This document shows, piece after piece, positions 56,822 to 64,000 of a stretch of DNA of 64,000 bases (positions are counted from its first letter, which is position 1; each line of letters begins with the position of its first letter). The notes under the pieces were generated by a model. That model was not told the origin of the DNA, made no database searches, and saw only the letters and a program-made list of their open reading frames with translations. Both the position numbers and the translations under genes were made by a program. The DNA is taken from contig OY843592.1 in the NCBI GenBank assembly GCA_963692865.2, forward strand, positions 352,001 to 416,000, given 5' to 3'. Origin of the DNA: a bacterium (GTDB lineage Bacteria; UBA8248).

Positions 56822-57703
56822 CTAAATCGTCGTTTCGCCGAACAGGCCGCGGGGTCTCAGGATCAGGATCGGCAGCACGAGGGCGTAGATGAAAATCATC
56901 GCGAAATTCTCCAAAATCTCGATGCCGAACGCCTTGAGCATCCCGATGAGCACCGCGCCCACGAACGCGCCCAGATAGCTCCCCATTCCCCCGATGATGA
57001 CGACGATGAACGATTCGATGATGATCTCCACCCCCATGCCGGGCTCCACGCTCCTCATGGGAGCCGCCAGAATGCCGCCCAGGCTCGCGAGCCAGGCGCC
57101 CAGGGCGAATACGCCGGTGAACACCCGGTTCACGTTCACCCCCAGGGCGTCGAGCATCTCGCTGTCCGTGGCGGCGGCGCGGATGAGTTTCCCGAAGTTC
57201 GTCCGGTGCAGGATGAACCACAGGAATACGCCCATCAGCGGGCCGATAGCGATGATGAACAGGAAATACACGGGATAACTGAAATCCCCGATGGTGAGTC
57301 GCCCCTCGAACAGCGCGGGGATGGGGACGGACTTGTAGTCCCGGCCCCAGATCAGCAGAACCAGATCGTCGAGAATGAGCGTGAAGCCGTAAGTCAGGAG
57401 CAGGGTGTAGAGCCTTTCCCGGCCATAGAGGGGGCGCAGGCAGAACGCCTCGATGATGGTGCCGAACCCCGCCACCACGAGGGGCGCCAGGAGCAGGCCC
57501 ACCCAGAACCAGCTCGGGTTCTTGATGACCGAGCTTGAGAAAATCAGAAAAGCGCCCAGCATGTAGAACGAGCCGTGGGCCAGGTTCAGGACGCCCAGCA
57601 CGCCCAGGAGAATCGTCAGCCCAGATGCGATCAGGAAGAGAACCATCGCGTTGGCCAACCCGTTCAGAAACTGGGTCAACCAGAAACTGACGTCCAATTC
57701 CAT
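56822..57703 (-). CDS. livH: Branched-chain amino-acid-type ABC permease
   Basis: NLAHGSFYMLGA, FGKLIRAA, VVIIGGMGS, RPRGLFG. Confidence 0.9.
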   Translation of the reverse strand: MELDVSFWLTQFLNGLANAMVLFLIASGLTILLGVLGVLNLAHGSFYMLGAFLIFSSSVIKNPSWFWVGLLLAPLVVAGFGTIIEAFCLRPLYGRERLYTLLLTYGFTLILDDLVLLIWGRDYKSVPIPALFEGRLTIGDFSYPVYFLFIIAIGPLMGVFLWFILHRTNFGKLIRAAATDSEMLDALGVNVNRVFTGVFALGAWLASLGGILAAPMRSVEPGMGVEIIIESFIVVIIGGMGSYLGAFVGAVLIGMLKAFGIEILENFAMIFIYALVLPILILRPRGLFGETTI

Positions 57704-57719
57704 GCGCCCGGGCCTCCGG

Positions 57720-57770
57720 AAAAAGGTGAAGCGGCGCCCCGGGAATTTCCCGGGGCGCCCGCGGCTTCAC
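57720..57770 (-). terminator. Strong intercistronic hairpin after the binding-protein gene
   Basis: GTGAAGC..GGCGCCCCGGGAA-T-TTCCCGGGGCGCC..GCTTCAC, followed by CTTTTT on the minus strand. Confidence 0.55.
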
Positions 57771-57779
57771 GCGATATGA

Positions 57780-59000
57780 TTATTTCCGGCAGCCCTGGCC
57801 CGTGTTCTCGTCGGGGTGAGAACCCTCGACGGGAGATATCACCTGAATGTTCGAGAGGATCGGGAATGGGTAGTCCTTGCCCTTCGAGATCACGCCCCAG
57901 AAGCTGGACTGCCAGCCCTGGTGGTCGGATGGACGCATGATGATCCATCCCTCGGGTGAGTTGAAGGCGACGCCGCCCATGGCGTCAATCGCCTTCTCCT
58001 TGTCCACGGCGCCCGCGCGGCGGATGGACTCCGCGATCACGTGGACGGTCGAGTACGCCTCGCCGGCCGTCATGTCCGGATAGACGTTGTACGCCTTGCG
58101 GAAGTTGTCCACGAAACGCTTGTTGCCCGCGGAAACCGGATAGTTGTGCAGATAGCGCGAACTCGCCCAGTGGCCGAACGGCGCCTGATCGCCCAGCGCC
58201 TTGAGCACCACGTGGTTGCCGCCGAAATCGGTGAATATCTTCACCTTCTCGTACATCCCGAACGAGCGGGCCTGCTTCATGAACTTGATGAGGTCCGCCC
58301 CGAACAGGCCGACGTAGATGGCGTCGGGCTTTGCTTTCTGCATCTTGTTGATGTAGGCGGAGTAATCGTTCTCGCCCAGCTTCGGCCAGGCGGCATAGGG
58401 GCGTTTCGCGCCCGGGTCGCGTTCTTTCAGGTAGTTCCAGAACTGCCGGACGACGGAGCGGCCGTATGAGAAATCTGAAGATATCGTCGCCCAATTCTTC
58501 AAGCCCAGCCGGTGGGCGATGACGGCGCCCGCGCGGGAGGTCTGCTGCGCGCTGCTGCCCACGCGCCAGGTGTAGCGGCTGCAGAATTTCGTGTTGATCT
58601 CCTCGGTCGCCGCCCAGGGGAAGTTCATCGTCTTGAGCTTTTTCGATTCCTGCAGGACCGCGATGGCCGCTCCGCCGTGCAGGGGGCCGAGCAGGGCGAA
58701 AACCTTGTCGCGCAGGATCAGCCGCCGCGCCGTGCGCACCGAACTCGCCGGGTTGGTCTCCGAGTCCCGGATCAGCGCCTCGAACTTGTGGCCCAGGACG
58801 CCGCCCGCGTCGTTGATTTCCTTGACGGCCATGTTGATGCCCTGGCTCGTTCGTTTCCCCACGATGGAATAAAGGCCCGTGAGCGGTGAGAGAACGCCTA
58901 TCTTGATGGTTTTCGCCGCATGTGAGGCGGTCGCGCCGGATGACGCAAGCGCAAGCGACATGACTGCGGCGATGAGCGCTTTTTTTCTGAAACCGGACAT
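57780..59000 (-). CDS. Branched-chain amino-acid-type ABC substrate-binding protein
   Basis: Signal peptide, IKIGVLSPLTG, EINDAGGVLG, DYSAYI..KPDA. Confidence 0.9.
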   Translation of the reverse strand: MSGFRKKALIAAVMSLALASSGATASHAAKTIKIGVLSPLTGLYSIVGKRTSQGINMAVKEINDAGGVLGHKFEALIRDSETNPASSVRTARRLILRDKVFALLGPLHGGAAIAVLQESKKLKTMNFPWAATEEINTKFCSRYTWRVGSSAQQTSRAGAVIAHRLGLKNWATISSDFSYGRSVVRQFWNYLKERDPGAKRPYAAWPKLGENDYSAYINKMQKAKPDAIYVGLFGADLIKFMKQARSFGMYEKVKIFTDFGGNHVVLKALGDQAPFGHWASSRYLHNYPVSAGNKRFVDNFRKAYNVYPDMTAGEAYSTVHVIAESIRRAGAVDKEKAIDAMGGVAFNSPEGWIIMRPSDHQGWQSSFWGVISKGKDYPFPILSNIQVISPVEGSHPDENTGQGCRK

Positions 59001-59245
59001 GAGAAGCCCCCCTTGAAGATGGAAACATACGAATTCGAATAGCCGGAATCAGTCCGTTCGGGACGGAAAACCGGACGCCGGAGCAGATTTGTTTTCCATG
59101 TAGCGAGCAGGTTAGATGAGCCTCGATTCGGGGTCAAGGCCCAGGTTTTTCGTTCCGAACCGCCACAAGGCGGCTGCGACTAAGACGACGCGGATACCCC
59201 GCCTATGCTTCATTCAGGGGCAGCAAGGGCCGGCCGATGCGCCTT

Positions 59246-60754
59246 CTATGCGGAGGAAGGGATGGATGCGTTCCTCTCCGCCTTCTTCTTTATTCTCCAC
59301 TCGAGAAAGAACGGCCAGGCGAAAGAGATCACCGAGAGGCACAGGAAGAACAGACACCACGGCGACGTGAAGAAAATCGAGATGTCGCCCTTTGACGAGG
59401 CGAGGGCGACCCGCATGTGCTCCTCGAGTTGCCGTCCCAGCACGAGCGCGAGCAGCATGGGGACGACGGGGATGTCGAGCCACTTGAAGGAAAGCGCCAC
59501 GAGGCCGAAGAAGAACATGACGTAGACGTCGAAGAAGGAATTTCTCAGCGCGTACGTCCCCAGAACGCACAGGGCGACGATGATCGGAAGCAGCAGCGAG
59601 CGGGGGATGGACAGCAGCTTGACGATGACGCGCAGCCCCAGGAACGCGACCGTCGCCGTGCTGCAGATCGCGATGAAATACGAGAAGAGCACCGAAAACG
59701 CGAAGGGTCCCTGCTCCACGAAAAGGAGCGGCCCCGGCGCCATGCCGTGCACCAGCAGGGCGCCGATGAGGATGGCGGTTATCGGGTCGCCCGGAATGCC
59801 CAGCGTCATCATGGGAATGAGCGCCCCGCCCGCGATGGAGCTGTTCGCCGACTCGGGCGCGGCCACTCCCTCCACGCAGCCCTTGCCGAACTGCTCCGGC
59901 TCCTTGCTGGCCTTCTGGGCGTAGTCGTAGCTCACGAAGACGGCTATCGGGCCGCCCGCGCCGGGGAGAATACCCACGAAGGTGCCCACGATGGAGCCGA
60001 TGGCCACCGGAAGCCGGATTTTCTTGATGTCCGCCCAACTGGGAAACACGCGGCCGAACCGCGATGCGACCGAGCGGATGTTCCCCTCCGCCAGGTTCGC
60101 CACGATTTCCGGAATGGCGAACAGGCCCACGAGGGCGGGGATGAAGTGGATTCCCGCGAGCATGTTCACGTCACCGAAGGTGAAGCGCGCCGTCCCCACG
60201 AGCGGGTCCATCCCCACCGTGACGATCATGAGGCCCAGGAAAGTGGACAACAGGCCCTTCACGAGCGATTTCGCCGCGAAGGCGGATATGACGGACATTC
60301 CGAAAAAGACCAGCCCGAACAGGTCGGCCGCCCGGAACTGGAGAGCCACTTTCGTGAGTTGGGGAGCGATGAGCAGCAGGCAGAAGAAACTGAAAAGACC
60401 GCCTGTGAAGCTCGATACGATGGAAACGCCCAGCGCGCGTCCGGCCTCGCCCTTTTGAGTGAGGGGGAAACCATCCATCGTGGTGGCCGAGGCCGAGGGC
60501 GATCCGGGAATGTTGATGAGAATCGCGGCGAAACTCCCCCCCGTCATACCGCCCGCGAAGACGCCGAGCAGCAGCGCCACGGCGGTCGTCGGCTCCAGGA
60601 TAAAGGTGACCGGGAACAGGATGATGATGCCCGCGCTCGTCGTCAGCCCCGGCATCATCCCGCATATGAGGCCGTGCAGCGCGCCCAAGGCGGTGGCCAG
60701 AATGCTCGTCGGCGCGAGAGCGAGGTAGAACCCCTGAAGCAGATCACCGTTCAT
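59246..60754 (-). CDS. tctA: Tripartite tricarboxylate transporter large permease (second copy)
   Basis: MMPGLT, GGSFAAILINIPG, APESANSS, TLGIPGD, PGPLLF. Confidence 0.92.
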   Translation of the reverse strand: MNGDLLQGFYLALAPTSILATALGALHGLICGMMPGLTTSAGIIILFPVTFILEPTTAVALLLGVFAGGMTGGSFAAILINIPGSPSASATTMDGFPLTQKGEAGRALGVSIVSSFTGGLFSFFCLLLIAPQLTKVALQFRAADLFGLVFFGMSVISAFAAKSLVKGLLSTFLGLMIVTVGMDPLVGTARFTFGDVNMLAGIHFIPALVGLFAIPEIVANLAEGNIRSVASRFGRVFPSWADIKKIRLPVAIGSIVGTFVGILPGAGGPIAVFVSYDYAQKASKEPEQFGKGCVEGVAAPESANSSIAGGALIPMMTLGIPGDPITAILIGALLVHGMAPGPLLFVEQGPFAFSVLFSYFIAICSTATVAFLGLRVIVKLLSIPRSLLLPIIVALCVLGTYALRNSFFDVYVMFFFGLVALSFKWLDIPVVPMLLALVLGRQLEEHMRVALASSKGDISIFFTSPWCLFFLCLSVISFAWPFFLEWRIKKKAERNASIPSSA

Positions 60755-60760
60755 GTGGCG

Positions 60761-61243
60761 TCATCCCAAAAAACTTCCCCTCGGAAGGGGAAGCTGAAAA
60801 ATATCGCGGAACAAAAAGAACAAGAACATGGGAACGATAATCGCCAGAGCGAGAAGAACCAGGGGGCGGCGCTCGCCTGAAGTCCACATGAGAGCGGCGA
60901 AGAAGACGGGCGTGGACCAGAAAAACCCGAAGGTCGAGAGCGCGAAGAAATAAAGCCCCGTGAGCAGCAGGCCGGCCGCCGCGCGGGCGATGCTGAAATT
61001 CTCGTTCGCCGATGGTCTTTCGGGCCACAGGTCGGCGAGGCCGCCGGAGCCCTTGAGACCCCTCACCCCCTGGAAGATGAGCGCCGCGGCGAGGACGAGT
61101 ATCGAGACGGTGATCAGGTAGGGGAAAAAATGGGGGCCCGGCGCGTCTGTCGTGGTGCGCTTTGGAAGCAGGGTGGCGAGGCCGCCGTAGTAGAGCGTAA
61201 ACCCGAGGATGACCACCCCGCCGACTATGTTTCTCAGACCCAT
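60761..61243 (-). CDS. tctB: Tripartite tricarboxylate transporter small permease (second copy)
   Basis: GPHFFP and C-terminal FQLPLPRG. Confidence 0.85.
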   Translation of the reverse strand: MGLRNIVGGVVILGFTLYYGGLATLLPKRTTTDAPGPHFFPYLITVSILVLAAALIFQGVRGLKGSGGLADLWPERPSANENFSIARAAAGLLLTGLYFFALSTFGFFWSTPVFFAALMWTSGERRPLVLLALAIIVPMFLFFLFRDIFQLPLPRGSFLG

Positions 61244-61275
61244 CCCGAATCCGTCCGAAAGAAATGAATACGACT

Positions 61276-61314
61276 CGAAAACGAAGGCCGCCCCCTCGTC
61301 AGAGAGAGGCGGCC
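61276..61314 (-). terminator. Hairpin with U-rich tail after tctC
   Basis: Minus strand reads GGCCGCCTCTCTC-TGAC-GAGGGGGCGGCC-TTCGTTTT. Confidence 0.55.
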
Positions 61315-61339
61315 CCCGTGTTTCACGCGATTGGCGTCC

Positions 61340-62314
61340 TTATTTCTTCACCTTGGACTTGTATACCCCCGTCGCCTTCATGATGTCGGCGACAATCTTG
61401 TCGCGCTTGGCGAGCATCTTGCCGAACTCTTCAGGCCCGCTCGGGTCGATCGTGAAGCCCTTCGTCTTGGCCAGCTTCTTGAAAGCAGCCGAGTTGGCGG
61501 CCTTCGTCATGGCGTCCACGAGCTTCGCCTTCACCGCGGCGGGCGTTCCCTTCGGCACGCTCAAGCCCCGGAAGTGGTCGAAGTCAATGTCGTGGCCCAT
61601 TTCCTTCATGGTGGGCACGTCCGGGATCGCCGGGTTCCGCTTGCCCGTGATGTGGGTGATGATGCGGAACTTGTTCGCTTTCGCCAGACGAATCGCCCCC
61701 GTGAGAGGCGCTCCCATGGCGTCGACCTCGCCGCTCAGAAGCGCCGCGTTGCGCCGCTTGACGCCCAGGGGAACGAGGATGGCCTTGCACCCCGTCATGT
61801 CCGTAAAAATGACCGCCGTCAGGTGCGTGGTGCTGCCGGTGCCCGCGTGTCCGATTTTGAGCGTGTTCGGCTTTTTCTTGCAATCCGCCACGAAATCCTT
61901 GACCGTCTTCCATTTCGATTTGGCGTTCACGGCCACCGTCAAAGGCTGGAAGTGGACCCGCCCGATGTGATCGAGTTCCTGATAGCCCCACGGCACGTTG
62001 CCGATGTTCGTGGTGGTGAGAATGGAGGTGGAGTTCCAGGCCACGGTATAGCCGTCGGGCTTCGAGTTCTTGACGAACGTGTAGGTGACGGCCCCGCCCG
62101 CGCCGGTCTTGTTGATGGCCACCACGGGAACGCCGAGCGCCTTCGCCATGCCCTTGGCGAGCAGGCGCCCCTCGATGTCCGCGCCGCCGCCCGCGCCGAA
62201 GGGAATGATGAACTGGATCGGCTTCTCGGGATAGGCGGCCGAAGCGGATTGCAGCGGCATCGCGGCTGCGAATACGGCTATCAGCATTACGCACAGGATT
62301 CGATGTACTTTCAT
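61340..62314 (-). CDS. tctC: Tripartite tricarboxylate transporter substrate-binding protein (second copy)
   Basis: YPEKPI.FIIPFGAGGGAD, KPDGYT, PDVPTMKEMG, PKGTP. Confidence 0.92.
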   Translation of the reverse strand: MKVHRILCVMLIAVFAAAMPLQSASAAYPEKPIQFIIPFGAGGGADIEGRLLAKGMAKALGVPVVAINKTGAGGAVTYTFVKNSKPDGYTVAWNSTSILTTTNIGNVPWGYQELDHIGRVHFQPLTVAVNAKSKWKTVKDFVADCKKKPNTLKIGHAGTGSTTHLTAVIFTDMTGCKAILVPLGVKRRNAALLSGEVDAMGAPLTGAIRLAKANKFRIITHITGKRNPAIPDVPTMKEMGHDIDFDHFRGLSVPKGTPAAVKAKLVDAMTKAANSAAFKKLAKTKGFTIDPSGPEEFGKMLAKRDKIVADIMKATGVYKSKVKK

Positions 62315-62444
62315 CTGTTTACCCCCTTGATGGAAAAGATACGCTCCCGATTCACGGAAACGGGACACCTGAAAATCGTTCCTGACGTTGGAGAATCCTA
62401 TTATCGCTTATTTCGGCGCGAGAATCCATCCCGCTTTTCCGGTG

Positions 62445-62834
62445 CGCGGCGGCGGCCCGCCGCTCCAGCGCGCCGGACGCCTTCGAGTACGCGCAGCCCG
62501 AATCCGCCGCCGCCATCACGGGCTTGAGGCCCGGCAACGCGCATACCGCCTCCAGGTGGGGCTCCATCATCTCCGGCTCGTTCAACGTCCCCTCCGTCAC
62601 CGCCACGTCGAGAACCACGCCCCGCTCATCGTCCACCGCCGCGTGGCGCTTGCAGTTCGGCTCGTACCCCGCGCGAGCGCTCCTGCGCGCCGGACGCGCG
62701 TCGGGGTCCGTCCGGCTCACCGGACCCCCGCCGCCGCCCTTCTTCCCCGCCTCATCCTCGGCGGGGTTCTCCCGAATCACCTCCTCTGCGCGGCGCTCCG
62801 CCAGACTCGCCCGACTCACGTCCGCCCGTATCAT
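62445..62834 (-). pseudogene. Internal fragment of an IS1182/IS5-type DDE transposase
   Basis: IRADVS..SL, SRTDPDA, EPNCKRHAAVDDERGVVLDVAVTEG..NE, ADSGCAY...LERR. Both termini are missing. Confidence 0.75.
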
Positions 62835-62857
62835 TGAGAACCCGCCCCCGCGGGCCT

Positions 62858-63556
62858 GGGGTTGTCGAAAAACCTCACCTCGCTCGATCGATTCCTCCCT
62901 CATCGGGGCTGTTGAAAAACCCCCGGGAAGCAATTTTGAGTTGTGCGCGCGCTTTTGAATTTCACTCCCCCCTTGAGGGTCGGCCTTTCCGCCTCGGGAA
63001 GGCCGACGGCAAGACGAGGGCGAAGCCCGAAGTCGCGCCGGTGGGGGGAGCTTTTTCCTGTGGCTTGTCCCCCCACCGAATCGGCCTTCGCCCAAGGGCC
63101 CGGCCTCTTCGTCGGGCTTTCCCCTCGGGAAGCCCGACCCCCAAGGGGCTGTTGAAAAATCCGTCCCTCTCGGATCAACCACGTTTTACCCGCAGGGGCC
63201 GTTCGCGAACGTGGGGCGTTCATCAACGCCCCGCCCCGGAGAAGAAACGGGCGCTTCACGAAGCGCCCCTACGGTCGTCTTTCAAGAGGGTGTGTAGGTC
63301 AGACATATATGTCCGACATATCATGCGGCCCGGCCTTTTCGCCCCTCCGGCGGCGGGCCGCATGATATGCGGCCCCTACAAAACCATCGCCCCTTTTGCC
63401 TATGCTCGTCATTTCGGCTTTCGCCGGAATGGCGGTGGTTTTCCCGCATTGAGGAGACTTTTTCAACAACCCCGACAAGGGGGGTAGGGGGGGCCGCCTT
63501 TACCCCGTCAGGAAAGTTTTTCAGCAGCTTCTTCTCAGGGGGCTTTTTCAACTATC
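62858..63556. repeat. Nested repeat/MITE cluster
   Basis: Three left-type ends (about 62859, 62905, 63145) and three right-type ends (about 63458, 63516, 63543). The interior holds copies of the CACTCCCCCCTTGAGGG element and of the GGCCGCATGATATGCGGCCCCTAC REP doublet. Confidence 0.75.
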
Positions 63557-63576
63557 CCGCTTGGCGCGCCCCCGCC

Positions 63577-64000
63577 TCACGCCTTCCTGAAGCGCCGGCC
63601 GTACATCGTTCGCCCGTAGAAGTTGAACCACTTCCTCGCTTCCGGGTCGCGGAACGGGTAGTCCGCCCCGAGCTGCCGGGCAGCGGCGAGGCCGGTCACG
63701 AAACAGGTCTCCTGGCTGTTGATGAGCGTGTGGGCGCCGCAGTGCCACGTCCGTCTCCTGCCCTGGACGAAGCGGAACATCGGCATGAGCAGGGCCACGT
63801 GGCGCACGTCGTGCACGATGTGCTGGAACCACCACCGCTTGATGATCATCCCTTCGTCGATGGGGCTGACGGGGTTGTACGTCACCAGGCAGGGCTTGTC
63901 CGAGCGCTTCGCCCAAGGCTGCTGGTTGTGCATGATGTAGGTGATCTCGTAGTTGTCGGGCCGCGCGCCGTACTGCTCGATGTGGTTGCTCCGCGTTTCG
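63577..64000 (-). CDS. C-terminus of an FAD-dependent oxidoreductase (amine oxidase-like, COG2907-type), truncated by the window edge
   Basis: LVTYNP, QGRRRTWHCGAH, GLAAARQLGADYPF. Confidence 0.65.
   Translation of the reverse strand, partial: ETRSNHIEQYGARPDNYEITYIMHNQQPWAKRSDKPCLVTYNPVSPIDEGMIIKRWWFQHIVHDVRHVALLMPMFRFVQGRRRTWHCGAHTLINSQETCFVTGLAAARQLGADYPFRDPEARKWFNFYGRTMYGRRFRKA

Noticed and set aside
62352-63182. 276-aa ORF as an intact transposase
   Set aside because: Its N-terminal 116 or so codons are read through repeat DNA, and homology stops before the C-terminal catalytic region. Only a fragment is real.

Overview
This is a GC-rich bacterial chromosomal window dominated by solute transporters and catabolic enzymes. 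Transporters: two Liv-type ABC loci, an Fbp/Pot-type ABC, the Urt urea ABC, one TRAP, two tripartite tricarboxylate systems and an NCS2 permease. Enzymes: Zn- and Fe-type alcohol dehydrogenases, an acyl-CoA dehydrogenase, a ThDP enzyme, a DHDPS-like aldolase, a Baeyer-Villiger monooxygenase, an amidase, a complete urease operon, MmgE/PrpD, MetE-like, aldehyde dehydrogenase, an LLM oxidoreductase and a transglutaminase-like protein, plus an RhlE-like helicase. Five accessory signals stand out. (1) An integrase-free McrBC cassette is bracketed by a 323-bp imperfect direct repeat of the amidase 3' end, whose differences are almost all synonymous. (2) An AT-richer orphan gene encodes two tandem GIY-YIG-like domains, the second apparently catalytically dead. 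(3) An NCS2 permease is fused to a degenerate RsbW-like GHKL domain. (4) Intergenic regions hold nested palindromic repeats in which MITE-like units with GGCTGTTGAAAAA...TTTTTCAACAGCC ends carry REP-like cargo and insert at a fixed site in another palindrome family, next to an IS1182-like transposase remnant. (5) An orphan higA with a truncated higB lies between REP-like direct repeats. I saw no rRNA, tRNA or CRISPR array. All calls come from motif recognition by eye; no searches were run.
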